Origin: Thermoplasmata archaeon
Lineage (GTDB): Archaea > Thermoplasmatota > E2 > JACPAO01 > JAHFTW01
Length of the DNA stretch: 64,000 nucleotides
Direction of reading: 5' to 3'
Assembly (NCBI GenBank): GCA_034667725.1
Contig: JAXDQS010000010.1
Span: 32,001-96,000 of the forward strand
Shown: positions 40,591-48,653 of the stretch, piece after piece
Layout: the number at the start of each line of letters is the position of its first letter
How positions within the stretch are numbered: position 1 is the stretch's first letter
Position numbers and translations under genes: made by a program
The notes under the pieces: model-generated
What the model was told of the DNA's origin: nothing
Seen by the model: only the letters and a program-made list of their open reading frames with translations
Database searches by the model: none

Positions 40591-41369
40591 GTTTGGGGAC
40601 CGAAGGTCCAGGTTTCCTGGACGACAGATTTGGCGGTGTCAAGTGGGACCGGCGGGGGCGCTATGGCGAGGGTCGGAACCAGCCCTTCGCCGTCGAGGAC
40701 GCCCGCCACGGCACCAATCGGATTCTGTGAAACGGTATGTAGCGCGTCGAACCAAGTGCCGGTCCCACTCTGGTATCGAACTTCCGACTGGAACGGGTCG
40801 TTGCCAGTCGAACCTTCACCCGCGAGTTGGAGGTCGTAGGCGAAGGCGTCGGATTCCAGGCTCAAGGCAGCGAGGGGCGAGGATTCGTCCCAAGCAAACG
40901 TCGCGTTTACAGAAGCAAATCCCCAACTGTTCAGCACCGCAGCCAGGGCCGGGTTGTCGGTGGCGGTTTCGAGGCTGTAAACGTCCGCAAACTCCCCGTC
41001 CACGGCATTGGGCGGACCTACCGGGACGGGCACGGTCATCAGGTGAACGTCGCGCAGGACGGTTGTGTTGTCCAGCGTGATGGACTCACAACTGAACAGG
41101 ACCACCTGAGTCCGGATAGCGGGACCTGTGCCTGCCGTGTAGCCGGGGGGGAGCCGGGCGGCCACGCGTTCGCCGTCTGCCTGGAACGCCCCATAGAAGG
41201 CCGTGCAAGCCAACTGCAGCTCGCGCACCTTGGCCTCGGGGCAGCACGGCGGTGGGGGCAAGGGCTGGTCGGTTGTCGTGGTGTCCGTGGTGCTGGTGGA
41301 GTCGGTTGAATCCGTAGGAGTGCCGCAGCCGGCGACCAGGAGCGCAAGCACAAGCAGGGCGGCCTTCAT
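40587..41369 (-). CDS. Putative lipoprotein
   Basis: MKAALLVLALLVAGC lipobox; Thr/Pro linker; ATGA coupling. Confidence 0.75.
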   Translation of the reverse strand: MKAALLVLALLVAGCGTPTDSTDSTSTTDTTTTDQPLPPPPCCPEAKVRELQLACTAFYGAFQADGERVAARLPPGYTAGTGPAIRTQVVLFSCESITLDNTTVLRDVHLMTVPVPVGPPNAVDGEFADVYSLETATDNPALAAVLNSWGFASVNATFAWDESSPLAALSLESDAFAYDLQLAGEGSTGNDPFQSEVRYQSGTGTWFDALHTVSQNPIGAVAGVLDGEGLVPTLAIAPPPVPLDTAKSVVQETWTFGPQT

Positions 41370-42883
41370 GCGGATGCCTCGGCGGGCAAGTTCTGGGGCA
41401 TTGCGGAGGGACCTGAGGGGCGGTAGTAGAGGCTTGTGCGGCCCTTCCGGCGGCGTCCGACTAGGAGGCCTGCGTCCACTAGGGCGCGGGCGTGGAAGGA
41501 GAATAGTTGTTGGGAGACTTCCAAGCCGCGTTCTTGCAGCTTGGCCCGCACCCGGTCGCCTTCGATGCCGCTGCCCTCGGGAATGGTGGCGTAGATGGCT
41601 CGGCGGACGGGATGGGCAAGGTAGGCTTGGGGGTCGGCGCTGGCGCCCGCCAAAGCATAGTAGCGCAGGCCGCGCACGGCGAAGTGGCGAACGTGGTGGC
41701 CGCGGCGCAGGATGCCAAGGTGGAACATGGCCAGTTGCCTGCTTAGGCCCAAGTGCAGGGCAAGGTCCTTGGCGGTCTGGGGGCCAAGGGCCAAGTGTTG
41801 GAGCATGGCCCGCCGCAAGGGGTTAGCCAGCGGTTCGGCGCGGTTGAGGCCCGCCAGGAGGTTGGGCAGGAACCGGACGGCGACTAGCAGCAGGGCCGCG
41901 GCTCCCGCGACGGTTCCCGTAGCCACGACAAGACTGGATGCTGAGATGACGGCCACGCCGTCCGCCGCCAGTTTGACCGCTTCCCCCGTCATGCTCCAAG
42001 TGCTTCCTTGCGCCGTTGCGTCGGAGCGCAGCCGGAACGCTCCCGTGGCCTCCAGGAGCGCCGCGTCGGGATTGACGTAGGCCAAGGCAGGTCCGGAGGG
42101 GTTCTTGACCCCATGAAGCTGCACCGTGCCGCTCAGGTCCGCCTCCAAGGATTCGGCGTAGATGCGCCAGCCGTCGCCCGAGAGCGGCGCGGCGACAAGC
42201 ACACCCTGGATGGCAAGGTAGCGGTGGACTTGGCCGTGCTGCCCTACGGTTCCGAACGGGTCGCCTGCATCGGTGTAGGTGGTCGTGGCTTCGATGCGGC
42301 GGGCGCCCAGGGTTGCCGTGCCGCCGTGGAACAGAACGGTCATGGCTTGCTCAGGCAGGGTTGCGTTGAGGGTGCCGGACAAGCGCAGGGCGGTTGCGTC
42401 GATGCGGCTGGAATGGCCCTCGAAGCTCGGAGAGAAGCCGGGGTTGGGCGAAAACAGCAAGTGGTTAGGGCGTCCTTCCAGGGTCGTTGCCAACAAGGAT
42501 ACGGCAAGGGTGCCCGAGGCGGGAAAAAGCGCCGTGGTGCCGTTCGGAATGGCGGACAACTGAATGGAACCCGTGTAGGTGAAGTCCTCAAGGGTCCGTT
42601 CCAGGGGCGGGTTCTCTGCCTCGACGCCCGGCAGCGGGCCCGGCGGTTCGGTTTCCGTGGAGCCTGTGCGCGCTTCCAGGACGACGACGCGCAGCGCCGT
42701 CCCTGTCAAGCTCAAGCCTGAGTGAGTGTCCGCCGCGATGGCGGCGGCTGCCGCGTGGGCGTTGAGGCTGCCCGTGATGCGCACCGGCCCGGCGGCCGTG
42801 GCCTCCAGCTCCAGCGGGACCGCCGAAGCCGCCGGCAAGACAACCAGGACAGCCAGGGCGACAAGCCATCGCAACATCGGCAC
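41366..42883 (-). CDS. Membrane-anchored regulator: extracellular domain + TM + tandem ArsR-like wHTH
   Basis: Signal peptide; ~300-aa beta-rich region; TM; NPLRRAMLQHL...DLALHLGLSRQLAMFHLGIL and HPVRRAIY...FSFHARALVDAGLL. Start may be ATG 42877. Confidence 0.8.
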   Translation of the reverse strand: MPMLRWLVALAVLVVLPAASAVPLELEATAAGPVRITGSLNAHAAAAAIAADTHSGLSLTGTALRVVVLEARTGSTETEPPGPLPGVEAENPPLERTLEDFTYTGSIQLSAIPNGTTALFPASGTLAVSLLATTLEGRPNHLLFSPNPGFSPSFEGHSSRIDATALRLSGTLNATLPEQAMTVLFHGGTATLGARRIEATTTYTDAGDPFGTVGQHGQVHRYLAIQGVLVAAPLSGDGWRIYAESLEADLSGTVQLHGVKNPSGPALAYVNPDAALLEATGAFRLRSDATAQGSTWSMTGEAVKLAADGVAVISASSLVVATGTVAGAAALLLVAVRFLPNLLAGLNRAEPLANPLRRAMLQHLALGPQTAKDLALHLGLSRQLAMFHLGILRRGHHVRHFAVRGLRYYALAGASADPQAYLAHPVRRAIYATIPEGSGIEGDRVRAKLQERGLEVSQQLFSFHARALVDAGLLVGRRRKGRTSLYYRPSGPSAMPQNLPAEASA

Positions 42884-42906
42884 CTATGCCGAACGACGCT
42901 CTCCAA

Positions 42907-42936
42907 GTATTTGAGAACCGTTTGCGCCGGGTTTGT
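42907..42936 (-). promoter_or_regulatory. 30-bp island promoter/operator motif, copy 3
   Basis: GTATTTGAGAACCGTTTGCGCCGGGTTTGT, about 30 nt upstream of the wHTH gene. Confidence 0.65.
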
Positions 42937-43587
42937 GAGTCGCTATAACGGGGGCTAGGCGCCGTGCGGCCCCCAAGGCGACTCGCCCGCCCTCGCCCTG
43001 CTCTCCAGTCCAGGCAGGCGTCCCGCCTGCCCTCAGGCGTTCGCCTCGCCTGCCTGCTCGCCTACTTGCCCAGTCCCGCCCGCCTTTCCAACAGGAGAAA
43101 ACGCCTCGCCTCGCCTGCCTCGCCCTAGTGCCTCGCCTTCTTGCCAAACTCGCCCGTCGCCCTCTTGAGCCACAAGAAGGCGGGGAGAGGCGGGGGGAAG
43201 CGGGAAGAAGTGCGGCGCCTCGCCTTCCCCCAGGCGCAAGGTCGCCCGAAGGTCGCGGGAAGCTTCGCCGCGCCTAGAGGGTGAAGGTCGCCCATGCAAA
43301 CCTCCCGGCGACCCTCCCAACAGGAGGGGAAGGTAGGTCTAGCCCTTAGGTGGGGCCCTAGTTTGACTAGTTCCGCGCCGAGCTTGTTTGACAAGACCCT
43401 GGGCACGGTCCCCCACGGTGCCTGTCGTGTTAGGTTCCCCGGCGCCCCATGCAGTAGGCGCCATGCCCCGAAGCGCCCCGCCCCTCCTGTCGCAAGACGC
43501 ATCCCCCGCGACTCCCCGCCCAAGTCCCGATTCGTTTAGGTTGGCCCCGCGCCCCAGCCCGCATCGCATGACCTGGACGGTGCCCCC

Positions 43588-44088
43588 ATGACGAATCGGT
43601 GCCCAACGTGCGGCAAGACGTTCCTGGCGCCGCAAGGCTTGGGCGGCCACATCGCGCACAGCCGCGACCCCATGCACCGGCCCCGGCGCCAGCCGAGCGC
43701 CGCCGTGGCCGCCGCCCACGCCCAGGCCGCCGCGCCCAGCGCGCCCGCGCCCCGGCCCGCCCCAGCCGCGCCAGCCGCCCGGCCGGTGGCGCCCGCGCCG
43801 AGCGTGGCGCGGCCCGCGGTCCAGGCCGCGCCGCAGGCGCCGGCCATGCCGCCCGGCGTGTCGCCCGCCGTGGCGCGGTGGCTCATGCCGGAGACATGGG
43901 CCACGCTTGGCGCGCAGGCGGCCGAGCGGCAAGCGCGGCGGATAGCCGAGCGCGAGGCGGAACGCGCCCGTGCTGCCGAGCGGGCCGCCCAAGAAACCGC
44001 CCGGCGCGCCCAGGCCGAACAAGGCATCTGGGGCCGCTTGCCGGGCTTCGACCCGCGCAAGCCCAAGCCCGGCACGAGGTGGCCCTGA
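43588..44088 (+). CDS. C2H2 zinc-finger protein with Ala/Pro linker and coiled coil
   Basis: CPTCGKTFLAPQGLGGHIAHSRDPMH; AERQARRIAEREAER coiled coil. Confidence 0.75.
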   Translation: MTNRCPTCGKTFLAPQGLGGHIAHSRDPMHRPRRQPSAAVAAAHAQAAAPSAPAPRPAPAAPAARPVAPAPSVARPAVQAAPQAPAMPPGVSPAVARWLMPETWATLGAQAAERQARRIAEREAERARAAERAAQETARRAQAEQGIWGRLPGFDPRKPKPGTRWP

Positions 44089-45062
44089 TGCCCTCGCCAG
44101 GGTCGAACGGTCGTTTCCTGGAACCGGCCATTGGTCGGTCGGTGGCCGCCGCCCACGCTGAACGGTCGGTCGGTGGTCGGTTGCTTGGTCGGCCGGTTCC
44201 CGCTCATCACTTGGTCGGTCGGTCGCATGGTCGGCCGGTTGGTCGGTTGAACGGTCGGCGGGCGTGGTTTCCGGCGCCGCCGACCATTCGACCCTGGCGA
44301 GGGTTGGATGTTCGCACGCCGCGCCATGCCCGCTGCGTTCGCGTTCGTTCGCGTCCGCCAGGAGGTTCTTCCGTGTTCGTTCGGCGTTCGCAAGCCCACG
44401 CGAACACGCGCCCGCGAACGGCGGACCCTGGCCAGGGCATCGTGTTTGGCAAGGCGCAGCCGGGCCTCCAGCCAGCCAAGGGCTCCATTCAGCCAGCCAC
44501 CCGCCGCCAGCCAGCCAACCAATCAATCAGCCCCAGGAAGCCCGGCCAATCAATCGGCCAGCCTGCCAGCCAGCCACCCGGCCAGCCGCGCCCCCCACCC
44601 ACTTCACCAAACAGCCAGCCAGAGGCCGCGCCAAACACCGGACCCTGGCGAGGGTCGCGTGTCCGCACGACGCGCGGACAGCCATGGGGACGCGGACACG
44701 GGGACGCGGACAAGGACAGGGACGCGGCCGGTCGCGGACAAGGACACGGACCAGGAAGGGAAGCGTCCCGGGACGGCCACGCGGACACGGACAGGGACGC
44801 GGACAAGGACAACCCCACCCTCATCGGGGACAAGGCTGCGGACAGCCATGCGGACACGCGACCCTCGCCAGGGTCGCAGCGCCTTATCAACCACCAGTCG
44901 CCGCCGAGTCGTGGAGTCGCTTTTGGCGAACTTGTGGCTTTGTGTCAGAACGAGCCACGCGGGCACCATGCGCCGCAACCGAAAACCGCCCATCGCCTCC
45001 ATGGACGGCTTTCGCTCCCATGCGTGCCTTTCTGCCAGAAGCCGCCAGGGGCGCGGCCATGA
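44088..45062 (+). CDS. Possible low-complexity ORF spanning the array
   Basis: TGATG overlap with the upstream gene and ATGA overlap with the downstream ORF; no recognisable domain; may be non-coding. Confidence 0.3.
   Translation: MPSPGSNGRFLEPAIGRSVAAAHAERSVGGRLLGRPVPAHHLVGRSHGRPVGRLNGRRAWFPAPPTIRPWRGLDVRTPRHARCVRVRSRPPGGSSVFVRRSQAHANTRPRTADPGQGIVFGKAQPGLQPAKGSIQPATRRQPANQSISPRKPGQSIGQPASQPPGQPRPPPTSPNSQPEAAPNTGPWRGSRVRTTRGQPWGRGHGDADKDRDAAGRGQGHGPGREASRDGHADTDRDADKDNPTLIGDKAADSHADTRPSPGSQRLINHQSPPSRGVAFGELVALCQNEPRGHHAPQPKTAHRLHGRLSLPCVPFCQKPPGARP
44089..44875. repeat. Array of five 16-bp palindromic nodes separating four inverted-repeat-closed, simple-repeat-filled cassettes
   Basis: Nodes GACCCT-N4-AGGGTC (some with terminal mismatches) at 44089, 44290, 44424, 44641 and 44860; fillers GGTC, GTTC, GCCA and GGAC. 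Confidence 0.85.
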
Positions 45063-45238
45063 CGTTCCCAACGACGCGGGAGGCCGCGAAGGTCGCCGGG
45101 GTGACCCCCCGTTTCAGGGGGCCTGCTTCAGTGGTGTTTCACTTGACGGGTTCCACGCCCAAGACCAGGAAAACCCAGGAGCCAAGCATGACCGAGGCGC
45201 GACCCGCCCCAGGCTTGGCGAAAGAGGTTCGAGCATGA
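45059..45238 (+). CDS. Small hypothetical protein
   Basis: ATGA coupling at both ends; preceded by GGGCGCGGCCATGA, the same junction as before the transposase. Confidence 0.45.
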   Translation: MTFPTTREAAKVAGVTPRFRGPASVVFHLTGSTPKTRKTQEPSMTEARPAPGLAKEVRA

Positions 45239-45435
45239 CGGAGTGCCCGGTGTGCCGCCGCGTGTTCCGGGACGCGCAGGGATGCGGCGGGCACCTCGCC
45301 ACCGTCGCAGACGACGCCCACAGCGCCCACCGCGCCGCCGTAGCCATCCGGCAGGCATTGACGCAGATGCCGCCGCGCCCCGGCGTGGCGGGGACCTTGC
45401 TGCGCGTCATCTTCGGCTTGAGGGCGCGGCCATGA
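45235..45435 (+). CDS. Small C2H2 zinc-finger protein
   Basis: CPVCRRVFRDAQGCGGHLATVADDAH; ATGA coupled to the transposase. Confidence 0.7.
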   Translation: MTECPVCRRVFRDAQGCGGHLATVADDAHSAHRAAVAIRQALTQMPPRPGVAGTLLRVIFGLRARP

Positions 45436-47015
45436 TTCAGTTTGCCAGCCTGCGCGCCAACGTCAGCCAGCAGGCGCTTGAGATTTTGCAGCACCCCGAC
45501 GCGGTTCTCCATGTCGGCAAGAGCAAGGACGCCAGCGAAATCTACGAGGTGCTAGGCCCCAAGACCGGCGCAACGCGCATCACGGTCTGGAAGGGCCATG
45601 ACGACCTGTGGCATTGCGACGACGACCACCACGGCCATGCCAACCAGGACGCGCCGTGCATCCACCTCATAGTGGCGTTCGTTCGGCTCCAGCACATCGC
45701 CATGCCCAACACCGCCGCCACGGTCCACCGCAAGGGCCGCGACCGCGCCGCCGAGCGCCGCGCATGGCGCCGCATGGCCAAGCGGTTCCCCGAGGTCTTG
45801 CAGGCCATCCTAGAAGCCGGGGTGCCCGCCATCATGGCCACCCCCAAGCCCGAGCCTGAACCGAAGGACAAGCCGGAGCCCGGCGCGGAACCCGACGCCG
45901 CGAAGGAGAAGGGCGGCCACCCCAAGCGCGACCTAAGGGCCGTCGTCCACCAGGCCGTGATGCGCGTCCAGCAGCGCGTGAGCTTCGAGGCCAGCTCCGG
46001 CCTTGACAACCCGTGGGGCGCCTGCTGCGCCTCCACGCTCGAACGCTTCCACGCCGACCCCGACTCGGCGCGCATCATGGAAATGCTCGTGGCGCTCTCA
46101 ACGTGGCCGCTGCATGACCTGGAGCGCCGCCTCGACCCGGACGGAACCGGCTTGTCGCCGCAGCACTTCCGCGCCTACTACGACGAACGGTATCGCCGCA
46201 GCAACGGCAAGAAGAAGCCGAAGAAGTCGAAGCTCGACAAGCTCCCGCCCAACGCCGTCTTGTCCGCCGTGGACCTTCGGCGCCGGGCGCGGGAAGCCGA
46301 GGCCGAGGCGAAGCGCCTCGCGTCCCTCTTGGAGAAACCCAGAAAGCATACCTGGGCCTTTGCGGAGTTCTTGTGGGGCTACGAGTCCACCGCCATCCTG
46401 TCTTACCACTTCCAGGATTCACCCTTCGGTGAGGCGCCGCGCTTTCTTGCCTTGCTGGAGCGGGCGCGCTTCATGCTGGAGGTCAAGGAGATTGGCGGCG
46501 ACAAGGCGTATGATGCCAACTACATCTTCCAATACGCCGACTATCACGGCATCGAGGCGCACATCAAGATACGCGACACCGGCATCCCCACCAACAGCGA
46601 CCACTCGAAGAAGTATCGCAAGGCCGCCATGCTCGGGAGCATCATGGACCCGGAGGGGCATGAGGCGAAGGCGAACCTGCGCAACAACGCCGAAACCGGG
46701 AACGCCGCCTTCAAGGCCCGACTCGGGGACGAAATCTATTGCAAGGGTCGTCGCCGCGATGGCAAGAAGGACGCCACCGCCCTTCAGGTCGAAGTCGGGT
46801 GCATGGTGTTGGCGTGGAACATCCAGCGCCTCATCCACATGGAAGAACGCCACCCCCCGACCGAGGACCGGCCCGGCGTGGTGGTGGACTTCACGGAAGG
46901 CGCCGAGCGCCTACGCTCGCGGCCGTGGCGCAGCCTATCGGACATGGAGCGCGAGCTTCGCAAGCGGTTCCCGCCCAAGGGCGAAGGGGGGGTGCGCGAA
47001 CAATGGAAACCCTAG
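45432..47015 (+). CDS. SWIM-zinc-finger + DDE transposase (IS4/IS5-superfamily-like)
   Basis: WHCDDD...PCIH (SWIM-like); catalytic candidates PDGTG, GDKAYD and RNNAET; C-terminal EVGCMVLAWNI. Confidence 0.8.
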   Translation: MIQFASLRANVSQQALEILQHPDAVLHVGKSKDASEIYEVLGPKTGATRITVWKGHDDLWHCDDDHHGHANQDAPCIHLIVAFVRLQHIAMPNTAATVHRKGRDRAAERRAWRRMAKRFPEVLQAILEAGVPAIMATPKPEPEPKDKPEPGAEPDAAKEKGGHPKRDLRAVVHQAVMRVQQRVSFEASSGLDNPWGACCASTLERFHADPDSARIMEMLVALSTWPLHDLERRLDPDGTGLSPQHFRAYYDERYRRSNGKKKPKKSKLDKLPPNAVLSAVDLRRRAREAEAEAKRLASLLEKPRKHTWAFAEFLWGYESTAILSYHFQDSPFGEAPRFLALLERARFMLEVKEIGGDKAYDANYIFQYADYHGIEAHIKIRDTGIPTNSDHSKKYRKAAMLGSIMDPEGHEAKANLRNNAETGNAAFKARLGDEIYCKGRRRDGKKDATALQVEVGCMVLAWNIQRLIHMEERHPPTEDRPGVVVDFTEGAERLRSRPWRSLSDMERELRKRFPPKGEGGVREQWKP

Positions 47016-47905
47016 ACCCGAGCCGCCTTCATCGCCGCGTCCTTGCCGGGGCGCGGTGCATCCTCGCCGCCTCGGGTGTTGAGCGCGTGGACCCGGACCA
47101 TTACCGGGTCGCCGGGGCGCGGCCGGGAGCGGAACCGGTGCGCGTCTATCGCAGGGGCGGAACGTGGCGGTGCAGCAGCGACCGCCGCCACCACGCGGCG
47201 CAGCCGTGCGCACACATCCTGGCGGTCTTGGAGGTCGTGGGCGCCGTGCGCCTTCCGGCCACCGTGAGCCCCATTGCGGAATCGGCGCGGCGGGACGCCT
47301 TGGAGGCCGAAGCGGCGCGCCTCTTGCCGGAACGCCTGCCTGGGGTCTTGGCGCGTATGCTCGACGCCAGCCCCGCCGCGGCGCCACAGGCGCCGGGCAA
47401 GGGGCGCCCCAGGTGCAGCCCTATCGCGGTGGCGCATCAGGCCGTCATGCGCGCCGCCACGCGGGGCACCCTCAAGTCGGCGGGAGCCTATGCGCCTGTG
47501 AGCCGGGCCACCGTGCGCCGGTTCCTGGCGGAAGGCAAGACCGACGCGCTCCTGCGCGCCATGAAGGATTGGACCTTGGCCGCCGCCCGGCCCCAGGACG
47601 CCACCCGCCCCGACGCCCTCAACCGGGGCGCCTTGGCGTTCTCGACGCCCCTCGGCCCGCTCTTGTTCCTGGCGTCGTGGACGCCAACGTATGGGCTTCT
47701 TGCGCGCCTGGACCCCATGCCCTCGGAGCCGGTCATCGAGGCGCCCGGCGCCGAGGAAGCGGCCCGGCGCTTCACGGCGCTTCTGGGCGCGGAGCTTGTG
47801 AGCCGCGACCCGGCGGCCTTGGCGAATGAGGCCCTTTGCGCGGCCCTTGCCTGGAACCTTGCCCGGCTTGTCGTGGTGGACCTGGAACGCGGCGGGACCG
47901 CGTAG
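47003..47905 (+). CDS. Paralogue of the SWIM-DDE transposase lacking the catalytic core
   Basis: WRCSSD...PCAH, GRP...HQAVMR and NEALCAALAWNL match the upstream protein; no DGTG or DKAY motifs; open frame of 300 aa. Confidence 0.72.
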   Translation: METLDPSRLHRRVLAGARCILAASGVERVDPDHYRVAGARPGAEPVRVYRRGGTWRCSSDRRHHAAQPCAHILAVLEVVGAVRLPATVSPIAESARRDALEAEAARLLPERLPGVLARMLDASPAAAPQAPGKGRPRCSPIAVAHQAVMRAATRGTLKSAGAYAPVSRATVRRFLAEGKTDALLRAMKDWTLAAARPQDATRPDALNRGALAFSTPLGPLLFLASWTPTYGLLARLDPMPSEPVIEAPGAEEAARRFTALLGAELVSRDPAALANEALCAALAWNLARLVVVDLERGGTA

Positions 47906-48154
47906 TTTCGCCTGCCTGCGAAACGGTCAAGCGGGGTGGATGCGTGGTCGGCTTGCCCGCCCCGATGGGACGGGCAGGGGGCCACGCCCCCTAACCGCCA
48001 ACGGTCGCGGAGTTTGGCGCCCCAGGCATCCGGCCTGGAAGCGCCCGCGACGGCGGCCCGGCCGACCACTTCCGGCAACCCGGAAATGGTGCAGGCAGGC
48101 CGTCGTCGTGGTGTAGTTCCCGCGTAGCCCGACCATCGAAAAAGAACGGCTTGG

Positions 48155-48517
48155 ATGGGGCGCGACCTTGGACCCGGCCCACCGGAAGGAAGGGGGGTCG
48201 GGACCAAGGAGGACCCTAAGACGAACCCCATTCGCAACCCCAAGCCTGAATCTCGAACGTCCTGCCAGGAGGATTCCTGGCGCTTTTTGGCCTGCGGCAG
48301 CAGCCTCGCCGCCTTGCTGGCCAGCCTTGCAACGTGGCTTCCGGTGCCGGTCGCCGCGAAGGCGCTGCTTTGGACGGCGTTCGCCGCCGTCCTGGTGCTA
48401 GTCGTTGCTTGCTTCGCCCTAGTCGGCTTGTGCGTCATGCGGCAGGAAATCCTCCGCTTGACCCACCGTGCAAGGGCGGCCAAAAGTGTGCGTGGCGACC
48501 CTCCGAGGTGTGCGTGA
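48155..48517 (+). CDS. Possible 2-TM membrane protein crossing the island's right repeat
   Basis: Two hydrophobic helices; start uncertain. Confidence 0.4.
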   Translation: MGRDLGPGPPEGRGVGTKEDPKTNPIRNPKPESRTSCQEDSWRFLACGSSLAALLASLATWLPVPVAAKALLWTAFAAVLVLVVACFALVGLCVMRQEILRLTHRARAAKSVRGDPPRCA

Positions 48518-48653
48518 GCGGCCACAAGCGGGCGTGGGGGGCCAGAAGTCCCTAGCTATGCACCGAAGCTACGGTGCCGCCGGGCGGGGGCCGCGACCAT
48601 CGTTCGACGCCCGTCCGAGCGCCCTTATAGCCCACAAGGTGGGATGGGCACCC

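Larger units (their letters stand above)
37941..48497. mobile_element. Putative ~10.5 kb genomic island bounded by a 20-bp direct repeat
   Basis: GGCCAAAAGTGTGCGTGGCG at 37941-37960 and 48478-48497; atypical codon usage and frequent CTAG inside; DDE transposase; only orphan genes. Confidence 0.65.

Noticed and set aside
44089-44875. CRISPR array or integron cassette array
   Set aside because: Repeats are only 16 bp and vary in orientation; spacers are 118-203 nt and low-complexity; no cas or intI gene in the window.
45432-47905. Ordinary insertion sequence with terminal inverted repeats
   Set aside because: No inverted repeats or short target duplication found by eye; the genes are embedded in a coupled operon.
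47906-48154. Structured RNA downstream of the transposase pair (hairpin 48065-48090)
   Set aside because: A single imperfect hairpin in GC-rich DNA is insufficient evidence, and no TnpB/IscB-type gene is present.
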